Shown here: positions 50,299 to 62,300 of the stretch, one piece after another | How the letters are laid out: each line of letters begins with the position of its first letter | Position numbering within the stretch: position 1 is the first letter of the stretch | DNA from: Monocercomonoides exilis PA203 | Lineage: Eukaryota > Protista > Preaxostyla | NCBI GenBank assembly: GCA_001643675.2 | Contig: LSRY02000013.1 | Location: 1,178,001-1,242,000 of the forward strand | Reading direction: 5' to 3' | Length of the DNA stretch: 64,000 nucleotides | Notes under the pieces: model-generated | Told to the model about the DNA's origin: nothing | What the model saw: only the letters and a program-made list of their open reading frames with translations | Databases searched by the model: none | Made by a program: the position numbers and the translations under genes

Positions 50299-51685
50299 TC
50301 AAACATTCATAAAATATTCAGATAAGTCTTCAGACAGTATAAAAGGATAATATAATCTGTGATGATATTTAAATCTTTCATGAATGCTTGCGATGATATC
50401 TTCTGATCCTTCTTCTTCCATCTTTTCAAACATTTTCCTTTTCATCTCTTTTATTTTTGCTTTTTCCATTCCATAACGCTCCTCTTCATTCAATCCACTT
50501 GAAATCGTTTTAAAAAATTCAAAGGCATAAAATATCATAATGTCATTCAAAGTTGATGGCTTCATTTCTTCCAAATAGAGATCAACAGATCCGTCACAGA
50601 GAAACGCTTCATCTTTCATAACTTCATTTTCTGTTGCCATCCTCATGGAACAAATGCACCAATCGCTAAGTTCTCTTTGATTTTCTCTTGCTGCTCGATA
50701 TATCTGAACAACACTGTTGCAAAGCTCAATATATTCTTCGTCCCACAAATGACAATTTGCAAAGAAAAAAGAGAGTAATTCGATCCATATCATGATTACC
50801 AGCACTTCATTCGCTTCTTCTGCTCATTTCCTCTTCTTTTCTTTTCCAATCAATACATTCTCCCAGCTCTCTCAGTTCTCTTATTGCCTCTCTTCCAAAA
50901 TGCAGCTCATTCGCAACAACTCTTTCGATGGGTTCGTCTCCGTAGAATCTGCAAATCAAAAAGTACCAAGCAGACTGATAGGCAAGTCGAGTCAGATTCT
51001 TGTGCTTCTGTTGATGCTTAATGATTTCTGTAATTTCCTTCAAATACAGTTCTTGTTTAATTTTCTATTTAAAAATAAAGGGAAAAAAACAATTCAATAA
51101 TGTCAAAAATGAAAAAGAAGTGCCCATACATAAAATTTGTTAATGCAGCTCAAAGACAACAAGGCAATTTCCACTTCTTTTCGAGTCTCTTCGCTTTCCT
51201 CTTTATTCAACGCAACTTTGAGGAGACAAGGCACACAAATCGATAACAATTCAGATGGGAAATCATGATGAAGAGAAATATAGCATTCGCAAAGATCAGC
51301 CAGAAGCTTTTCATTCTTTTCCTCTTTTTTCTCAAGATCTTCCTCAATAATCATCTTTTCAAAAAAATTGTTCAATGAAGATTTCTTGAAGCAATCAATC
51401 CAAATCCCTTTCAGCGCTTTGCAAAATCCAATGTGCTTCAACAGCAAAATAGCATTTCCAAAATCCATTTTCTTTTCTTCTATCATTTTATGTATTTTGT
51501 TGAATAGTTCTTCTGATAAAACGGATTCTAATTCTTCTTCTTCCATTTCATCCAATATCCCATTCATTTCTTCGATAATCTGTTTCTGCTCTGCTTCGGT
51601 GAATTGTTCCAACTGCGAAAGTTTCTCTAAAAAAATTGAAAAATCAAAAGAGAAAAAAGAAGCATTTGTTCATTCAACCATTCAT
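50299..51685 (-). pseudogene. 'LAYQSAW'-family copy with a frameshift near 50810
   Basis: EVEIALLSLSCI and LTRLAYQSAW. The last exon is split between ORFs 50807-51043 and 50299-50805. Start approximate. Confidence 0.8.
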
Positions 51686-53989
51686 TTCTTATAACACTTT
51701 ACAAACCAAGATATATTTGCTTTTTTGAAGGTGACTGCGAAATTGAAAAATACATCCAAAACAAATAATAAATACATTTTTTGTATTGGAGATAATATTC
51801 GCATCAAACGAATTAAAAATCACAAAATCAAATATGCAAAACAAAGAAGAATATACATTTTCATTTTCTATCATTGCTTTTGCCTCAAAATTAGAAAATC
51901 TTTGAATTAAAAAATTTCCTTTTTGAACAAATAAATAAGGGTGAGCAACCTTTAATTTTTTAAGTGAAGAATTTTTATTGGTGATTTTCAGCAGCCTGAG
52001 CATGTTTGAGCTGCTTAGGCACACAGCCACAGATGCATCCATGCGAGTTATGGCACTGCCGAAGAACAGGTACTTTTCTTGCAGATGGAAGAGAGAGTGA
52101 CTGTTTGCATCCATTGCTTTCGAAAAGTGAATTGGTGGAGAAAATTGCATGAAATATGAGCATGGTTGTATATTATAAAGCATATGATGCAACATCGGCT
52201 GTGATATTTTGAATGAAAAATAACTCAAGCAAGATGCAGAAAAAGCGAGCAAAATACCAGAAAGATTAAATTGAACAGCTTATTCATTTTAAGGGAAGTA
52301 CGGTGCACTAGGCATATCATTTGAGTGGGATTTGTTTTGTGAAATTTTTTATTGGGAGTTTGGTTTTGTGGAAAAAGAAAGGGAATTGGGGGATTGAACA
52401 ATGGAGGAAGCGAACAGAATGAAGCTCCCAGAATGCCTTTTCAACAATCTCATTTGCATTTTGAACGAAGTCTGCTGCAAAACCATCAACAAAGACATGA
52501 CGTTGAACAAGTCATTGAAAAGGAGTTCATTACTTTATCATTTGGATAATATAATCTTTCACTTGCATCATTATCGGTTTCATAAAGGATTTTCTGCTTT
52601 CGATGATGTTCTTTACCAACCATTTGTTATCCAGTAGTCTGTTTTTTTATGTGGCAAGAGGCAATTTTGGAGAGCAAAAAAGCCAGCTGGGCTGATAATT
52701 ACCAATCCATTGGAGATGGGAAAATATTTCGAGGCCAAAAAAATGGTTTGACTTTTTTTCTTTCATTCATGTTTCTTTAATGGTGTTCTTTGAATGAGCG
52801 CAGATCGGTCACGAACAGGAATGACACGGAAAGAAACCTTCTAAACATTTCGCAAAAGATTCAGAAGTTTTGAGGAAATTCTTGTTTGCATTACATTCAA
52901 CGATGACATTCGTCCTTCTGCCGTCTTCTTTGAATGACACATAGCCTGACAATGTTTTGCATGAGCTTGAAAGAGAGAGAAAGCAGTTTGTTTGACTCAT
53001 TTGTTGAGAGCGTTCGGCAGAAGCGACTCTTTCATCAGAGCTGATGATTAGGCTGGGCATTCTCATTCACAACAAATTCATCTTTTTCTGTTGCTCAACA
53101 TGACTTGGAAAAGCTGATATCTTCTCTTCTTCTTCACCTTCCTTATCTTTCTCAACAGTCTCACTTCAACAAAAGATGTTCATTGCCAGAATCGAGACAT
53201 CAATCACATCATCATAAAATTCATCTTTTTTTCCCCCTTTTCTTTGAAAATTTTGCTGTTGATTACAACCTCTTCAATCGTCAACGCCTTCTTCGATTTC
53301 GAATTCTTCTTTGCCCATACCCTCATCAGACGTTTCGTTCGTTTGAATTGTTGACAGCATTGGACAAACACAATTTTCTTTTTCTGAGGGGCAAAGCAGT
53401 TCAACCACACAAAGGCAGTCGATGTTTTGTGGACTTCCTTCTTCATCAGTTTGTATCTCTCTTCCTTTCATAAATTTTGTGATAAGGATTGTTTATTTCA
53501 TCTGAAATCAATTCAGCGAATGTAATATTTTTGTCAATCGATATGACACAAGTTATTTTCAACATCTTTATAAATAGGATTGCAATCGTTTCACAATTCT
53601 CAATTGCTCCGTCTTATTCTTCTCCTCCTCCTTCTCCTCCATTCCCTTCTTTCGCATTTCTGCTGCTCCTTCTTTTTTCTTTTTTTCCTTCTCTTCTCCT
53701 TCTTATTTCTTCTCCTTCTTATTTCTTCTCCTTCTTATTTCTTCTTCTTCGTCTTCTTCTTCTCCTTCTTCTCCTTCTTCTTCTTATTCTTTTTCTTTTT
53801 CTTTTTCTTCTTCTTCTTCTTTTTCTTCTTCTTCTTCTTCATCTTCATCTTCTTCGTCTTCGTCTTCGTCTTCTTCTTCTTCTTCTGCCATTTCACCGCA
53901 AACTTCCTCTTCTACAATTACACAATCATATCTAAAATCACCATCACCATCATCTTCTTCTTTTTCCTTTTCTTCTTCTTCTTTCATCC

Positions 53990-54720
53990 AACACAGCAAG
54001 TTTAATCGCTTCTGTGATGGAACCTCTTCGTTGATCCTTCTCCCCATCTCGCTCAGCTCATTCTCCACAACATTCTCAACAGTTCACAAAACAAAATATT
54101 TTTATCTCCTTTTTGAATTGCTTCATCGCCACACACGCCTCGACAGCTGCAGCTGCCACTTCAGTTGAATGAATGGTGACGGCGAATGCGACAGACCAAG
54201 CAGATGATTGGCAGATGGGAACACACTCACATCAGCCACTGTCAAGATCTGCTTGTATTTTTATTTTTATTTTTTTTTTTTAAATCGATTTTGTGCCAGT
54301 CGATGAAGCAAGCGAAGGAAGCAGCTCTGCCAGAGGAACTGAAAGAATGGCTGAAAACACCACATTGTTCACAGAATAGCTCATTGAGTGACAACAACAC
54401 AGCCCTTCAGCTTCAGCAGTGTGCGAAGAGACAGAAGCAGCAGCAGCAGATATGGAAATCAGCGCAGAGCATGGAAGCAACTTGTTTCAAGCACTTCAAT
54501 CAACAGACAGATCTCAATGTTATGCAATGCAACAAAAGAAGTTTGGGATGTGATTGGTGCAGATGCTTCAAAAGAATCAATAACAGTTGCTGATGAAAAT
54601 GATGATGAAGACTGTTCATCCTCTGCCAATGCATCTTCTGTCTTCTCTTCGTGTTTGGACAGTCGAAGTGGAGAAGGAGACAGGCATCTGCTTCAGAGAA
54701 GAATTTGCATGTTTTGAGCA
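53990..54720. repeat. Decayed dispersed repeat related to 43300-44000, next to a TCT-rich tract (53620-53985)
   Basis: See 43300-44000. Confidence 0.55.
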
Positions 54721-56359
54721 AATCAGAAGACAATATCAGGAAAATCATATTTTATGGGAAAAAATGAATAATAAAAAAATTCATCTTTTTTCACTTTTTT
54801 CATTTTTTTTCTTGAATCATCTTTTCGAAAGATGAGACATATTTTATTTTTATAAGTTTTACTTTCTTGTCTTTCTTTTTCCTTCAATCTGACTCAATTT
54901 CAACATTGAATAAAAATACAAATTTGTGAAAGATTCAATCTAACTTGTCTAAAATTAACTCAATTTGCTTAATTGATGGTTCGTTCAAGTCACACAAAAG
55001 ATTATTATTCCTGATGTTATTCAGTTAATCTTTGGAATTCGCAATTGTTTTTCTTACTCTGTTTATTGTCAAGCATTAGTGAATAAGTAATAATTATGTT
55101 ACCGTCTTCCTTATTGAAAGTGTCAACGATATTTAACGTTTTTGTGTAATTTTCAATTTGACAAATATTTCAGACAAGCAAACAATTTTTTTGTTTCACA
55201 GACAATGAAAACAAGTTGAGATAAATGGAAGAGATTTGGTAGTCAAGAGATGCTCCCATTAAGAAGTCATCAAGTTTTTTGTTTTCGAGCTTGACAAATC
55301 AGAAATATTTGAATTCACATGATTCTTGAAGTGCTACGAACTGATTATGAATTGCAAGCAAAAATCGAACAAAGAAAGAAAATCGAAGAAATTCGAAAAT
55401 CAAGTGAATAATTGAATGAAGAAGAAATATTGATAAGTTTTCTCAAAAAAAACTGTTCTTCAAATTGCACAAAACGATTGAAAAAGGAAGCTGTTGATGG
55501 TGAAGGCCATTTTCCTTGAGAACACAAAGACAAAAACAGACATGAAAATTCAAAAAAAAAATGCTCAAAAACAAATAATTCCGTTTTTCTTGAAAACATT
55601 CAATAAAGGCAGAATTTATCACAAACATGTTGCAGTTTCTTCCCTTCGATAATCTTGTTGTCTCCTTGATAAAATTATATTCTAGGTACGTTTTGCAAAA
55701 ACAAACTTTCCTTTGAATGAAATTGAATCTCATATTCCTCAAAACGCACAAAGGATTTCAATATTTCATATTAAAAAACAGTGATGAAGACTCCTATAAG
55801 CTTCTTCGATGCAGCTCGTTCCTTTGGTCATGAATGTTCATTTTGACTGAGACAAGAAGAAAATTACATCGCTTTCAAAATATCTCCACAGCTTCTGATT
55901 TTTGTGAATGAATATACAAATACGATACAGGCAAACATAAATGAAATAAAACCGTTGAAGCAGCACAAAAGTTTTCGATATTCAAACTTTATTATTTCCT
56001 TTGATAAAAGAATGTTTTAAAAACTTTTCAGCCCAGTTGATGCACATGATTCAAATACAACTTCTGCTTCAAGCACTTCAAAAAAAATTGCGTCAACAAT
56101 TGAACCGAGTTCAAGCATTGAATACCCTGTGATTACTTAAATATCAAGGCATCAAATGAAATGGATCAATCGTTTTGCATTATGCTTTTGATCGAATATT
56201 GATGTTTTTTAAACTTATTCGAAACTGAATAAAAATGCATATGCTCATTATTCATTGAGAGTGAACAAAATATTAATTTTTTTCAAATCATTCTCCCCAT
56301 TATTAAAGAATAAAATCTGGAAAAATAGAAAAGGATATTCCTCGTGTGTTCTGGTGACA

Positions 56360-59300
56360 ATGTTGTCAGGAATATGCTGCTTTGTTTGGATAATATGTGT
56401 GCAATGCATGTGCAATGGAGCAACAAACGATGAAACATTTCTGACGAAGGAATTGAAGAAATATGGACTTTCTAACAAACTTGAAAGAATTTGGTTGGAT
56501 ACTTTTCAAGAAGTCAAATATTCCAATAAAATAACATTTGAAACAAGCAGTGATGGAAGAGAAGGTGGAACGATGAAAACTGAGAAAGTGAAAAAGGCGA
56601 TGAATGGAGAAGGAAAAGAAGGGAATGAAGAAAAACAAAAAGTTCAAGAAATCAGTCCCAATGAAATGATGAAAGGGACAAACATGCATGATGAACGAAA
56701 AATCTGGAAAAAACAAAGATTAGGAGATGAAAGTTGGATTGAAGGATGTTTGATATTTGACAATTCTTCAATAAAGCTCCACTCCCTAGGATTGGTGCCA
56801 AATGATAGCCAAAGTGTCTTGAATGTTGTGAAAGGATGTTTCGTTGAACTGAGTGGATGTTGGATAGAAAATGGAGGAGAAATGCCACCATTTTGTTTGA
56901 GTGGAAGTTGTGGGCTGTTCGCCAACATATCTCTCCGATTCTCTTTGGATTCACACTTGCAGAAATGCTCATCTCTCTTCTCTTCAAAATCATTCAAAAG
57001 AGATCTTTTTGAAAAATATCATGTTTCTGTTCGTTCCTCTCATTTCTCATCTTTTCGTGTGTCTTCTGCCCCATTCCTGTCATCCCCTTCAATACCCCTA
57101 ATATCCCTCTCCAGACTCACTTTTTTCAACATCTCAACAGCAAATGATGCATGTTCACCTCCAACCACAATGTCAACCCAAACAAATTGTATGATGAGCA
57201 GTTGTTCCTTTTCATCGGTTTGCGATGTGTATGATGGAGGGATTGTTCATTCCCTCAACAATCCCTTGGCCTCTTTGGCTGTTTCAAACACCTCGTTTAT
57301 TAAATGTTGTCGGACAAGAAATGTTGAATGCGCCGGAACTGAAACTAATATGAAACAGCCAGGGAGACAGAACACAACAGCCAATGGAGCTAATTCATTC
57401 ATTTGGTGCGAATGGAATGGATCAAATGCAACAGGAACAGAAAATACATGTGAAGACATTGCTTCAAATGGAGGGGCTATTTGCATGCACAGTCAGTCAT
57501 CAGCCACTGTTTCAATAAAGCACTGCTCATTCAATGATTGTTATGCCAATTATGATGGAGGGGGAATCATGTGCTATAAAATTAAATCCGTTGAAATTGT
57601 GAACAATTTGTTCAACTCATGCACAGCTCAAAATCAATGCGGAGGAGGGATGTTCATTAATTTAATTTCGTCGTGCGTTCGGATCAGCGGATGTGAATTT
57701 CAAAAATGTTCTTCATATGGCTGGGGAGGAGGGCTTCATCTCGATAATTTTCAGGTTTCAAGTTCAGGATGTATTGGGGAAGAAAACGGAGAAGGGGAGA
57801 GTGCATGCATGTTTGAATGCAATTTCACTTCGTGTTCGGTTACAAATACAGGAGGTGGAGGCATGCGTTGTGTTATCGTTCCCTATCTGTTCAAGATAAG
57901 GAGCATTCAGTTTATTTCCTGCAATGCAATGTCAAGTGCAGGAGGGTTGAGTCTGGAACCATGGATAACAACAACTCCAAATGATGTGATTTATTGTTAT
58001 TTTTTGTTTTTCCATGAATGCCAGTGCACAACTGCAGATGTGCCATGTGGACATGATTTGGCATATAATGATCCATTTAATGTTTTCTTGTCTTCTGACA
58101 ATCCGTTCTGTGAATGTTATACCACAAATACGAATGAACAGAGAGTGTGCTATGGATATGATTATTCGAGTTCAACAGGTTGGACATATCAACACACGGA
58201 AAAGAAGGATTGGTTGAAGAGAGGAGTTCTCAATCGATTTGTGGCAGTGAGTGGAGGAAACGCAGAAGAGTTTTGTGGGGCGAACAAATCATATGCATGC
58301 AGAACTATTGGTGTTGCAGTCATTCGGAGCGTGATTCAAGTGAGTCTGTCAGTCACACTGATGGGCGGAGATCACACAAGCGAGACAGCAACAATTGAGA
58401 TTGGGACAAAGAAGATTTCAGTCATTGGGACGGGCAAAGATAAGAGTTCGATTGGAACAGGAGCACTTTCATCTGTAGGAACGCTGTTCAGTGTATCAAC
58501 AGGTCATCTTGGAATGAGTCATTTGAAGGTTGACTGCAATTCAAATTCAAGTCCTTCGCCGAGTGTGGTTGTGGTGTCTGATGGAAGTGGATCACTTTCG
58601 TTGGAGGATGTTTTGATCACCACGAGTAAAACAGGAGAATATGTGATGTCGTTGTCGGCGTTTGTGGTGCTGCTGTCACAGCTGTCGATGGTTGATGTGG
58701 AGATCAAAGATATGAATGTCTCAAAACCATTGTTATCTGAACCGGATCCATCTTCTTCTTCATCCTCCTCATCTTCCCTTTTTTTGACAGCCATAGCATC
58801 AAGAGATAGCGTGCTTGCGAATGTGAAGGTGACGAATGTGAAGTTGACTGAAGGAGATGGGGTGGTTGCTGCAAAGAGTGTGAAGGCTGGGGAGACGTTT
58901 GTTGTTCGGAATGTGACAATTGAGGATTGTGAGTGTGTGGATGGCAGTGGCGGAGGGATTAAGATTGATTTATCATCGCCCACAAGCAAAGCTCGAATTG
59001 GAGCATCATCCACGACAAGCGAAGCAACAAAATTCAACAGATGCAATTGCAGTGGATATGGAGGAGGGGTGATGATGAGTTTGGCTGACAATTCATATGA
59101 CTTTTCAATAACAACAGTGAGTTTTGATGATTGCGCTGCAACGTGGGGAGGGAAGAATCTGTTTATTGAAGCACAGGATTTGTCAGCTCCTATCAACAGC
59201 ACTTCAGTTGGATTCAACCCAGAAATCGGAATAAATGTTGCAGACTTGAATGAACTTTGTGGAAGAGAAAGAGACAAGGCAGAGCTGATTGTTCCACTTG

Positions 59301-62300
59301 TTGTGTTTCTTCGGACATTTTCATCACCAGCATATGTGAGTGGGAGAGAACAAGGAAGTGAATTCAGGCTGTGTGGATATGAAGATTATCCATGCCGAAC
59401 AATTGGAGAAGCGAGTGAATATCGATATCCGAGTTCAAAGAGAGTGATCAGACTGACAAACACATTTTCATTTGATGAAGAAGTGGAGTTGGATGGGCAG
59501 CCATATGAGATTGATTCGACCAACAAAGATGTTGGATTGAAAGTTGGAGGAACAGGAACAAATACACAAGAAGCGTTGGTGATGAACAGCGTTTCATCAA
59601 CATTCACAAAAATATTATTTGAATTGGGAGGATCGATTGGAGATCGATCATCATTTATTCATTCTTCGAGTAGCACATTGAGATTTGCTGATTGTGGGAT
59701 AAAGATGGGAAATGGAGTGGATGCAGTGAGTTATGCTTTTGTGAGTGGGAGTGGAGGGAATGTGGAGATTATTCGGATGAGTTGTGGAGGGAGTGTGGGA
59801 AAAGTGAGATTTGGAGGGTGCATGATTGTTGTGAATGGGAGTTGTGAATGGATGATGGATGAGGTGATTTCGAATCAAATAGATACAGATGGAGTGAATG
59901 GATTGATTGAGATTGCTACAAGCAGCTCAGCCACAATCCAGAATTGCTCGATAATGAATTCCATTCTGCCAAATTGTGGAGCGATTCATGTTGAGAAGTG
60001 CTCATCAATCACATTGAAGAACACATCATTTGAGAACATCACGAGAGAAGCAGGAGATGGTGGATGCCTTTTTGTGAGTCCTAATAATGACAGAACGAAC
60101 ACAATAAGGGTTGAGAATTGCACATTCCTAATATGTGAGGTGAGTGAGAATGGAAAAGGAGGGGGAGGATTGTCAGTTTCGTTGGAGAATCTATCCGAAT
60201 TGCGTGTCTCATCAACAAGATTTGAAAAGTGTACTGCACCCTCAACGAGTGGAAGTGAAGGGAAAGGAGGAGGGATATTTCTTTCTCTAGCAGATGCAGA
60301 TGCAAAGTTTGAGTTATCAAGAAATATGATATTTGATCAGAATAAAGCAGAATATGGAAAGAACATGTTCATTTCAGCAACTGATTTGAACAAAACAGTC
60401 ACAAATGACTCATTCAACTTCGATTATTCATCAATGGCAAATAACAAAACTCTGTTTATGGGAAGTGATAACTTTCATTCAAATAAAGATCTGTTTATGT
60501 TTCTGATTCCATTCAGCTCATCTGAGATATTTATTTCATCAGAAGGATTTGATGTGGAGCGTTGTGGAAGCGAAGAAGAACCGTGCTTCACAATATGGAA
60601 AGGGATGGAAAATGTGAAAGATGGAGATGATATGAATACAATTCAAATATCAGGATTAACAAGTATTCAAGATTCATATGAGCTATCCAATTACCAGATC
60701 AAAAAAGCTTCTTCAATGGGAGAAGAGAATGTGAAAGCGATATTGAATTTTGAAAAGGCAACTGATAGTCAACTGGAATATTTCATGAAAAATGATATTC
60801 ATCTTGAATTGACAAATATCCAACTTCGACTATCAACTGGATTTGACAACTCAGCCAAAACAATTATATCAAACAAAAATGGAAATTTAGTGATAAGTGG
60901 ATGTTCATTCCATTCAGAAGCGGGAGTGAACAATGGATTTGATTGCGTGTTTGTGGATGCAATTGGAGGAAGCGTGGAAGTGAATGATTTGTCGATGGAA
61001 TCATGTAATATTGGAAACAGCATTTTTGTCATTCACGATGCTGGAGTTTCTTGCCATATTGTGAATGTTCGAGTGGAATCGTTGAATGAAAGCAGAGGAT
61101 GCATTTTGTCAATCAAGAAATCTGAATCAATTACAAAGATAAATGAAGTGGGTGAGGAAATGAATCTCAATATTGATAATTCATCATTTTCAGGAGTGAA
61201 GAGAAGTGACAATGGAGCAAGCATTTTGGAGTCAAAGAGTGAGAAAAAGAAAGATTTGGTTGTGGATGAGAGCAACATCACAGAAGGCAAAGCAGAAACA
61301 AGTGAAAAAGGAGGGGCAATATTTTTCACATTGTGTTCTTCAGGATCAATGAAGATGATTGACTTGACAATCAGTCAATGCAGCTGCACCAATGGGAAAG
61401 GAGGAGGGGTGTATTTGGCAACAAAGGAAAGAGGGGATTTGAATTTCATATTTACGGGAATGAAATTCAGTTCAAACACAGCAAGAGTGGGAAATGATAT
61501 TTTCATTGAATGTTTCAACATCACATTGCAGATCAATGAAAGGCAATTTCAGTTTGATCTTCGAGAAGGTCATTATTCACGAATTAATGCAATCTATGGA
61601 ATTGATAGTTGTGAACACAAAGAAGATACAAATCTGATTGATTTTGTGACTATCCATCAGAGTGACGCAATTGTTGTGAGCAGTGTGAATGGATCGAATG
61701 ACAGACAATGTGGAACAAACACACATCCTTGTGCTTCGATCGAGTATGGACTGATTCACTTGACTTCAGAGCTGATTAGCCAAATACTCATGATTGAAGA
61801 GAGTGTGATTGGAAGAGAAATTAATCTAGAGGAAATGAGTTTGAGCTCGAAGAGCAGAGAAATGTGTGAAGTTGAAGTGAAATCAAGTATTGAAAAAACA
61901 AAGGATTCTTTGATAACGACAGATGGAACAGTCTCGTTGGTGAGAGTGTATTTTGTGTTTGATTCGTTTTTCATCTCTTCACATGAATCACTGATATCGC
62001 CAGAGGGAGGAATTCTTGAAATTGTGAATTGCTCATTCACCACAAAACAATTGACGGACGGAGTTAATGCAACTGTTGCAAACATTCCATTTCACATTAT
62101 CAACATGGAAAAAGGAGAATTTCAACTTGATGGATGCACAATATCAAATCTCAATCTTCGTGAATCAGCTTTGCATCTTTCATCTTCTCTTCCATCAGTT
62201 ATTTATTTATTAACGATTAACAATTCAACAATAGAAACCTCTTTGATAGGTATTAATGAATGTGGACAATTAACAATCAAGGATTTCAATACAGAAAATA

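Noticed and set aside
51689-53470. Short ORFs and possible further family or kinase remnants (also 55780-56200)
   Set aside because: Only vague motif echoes; not supportable without alignment.
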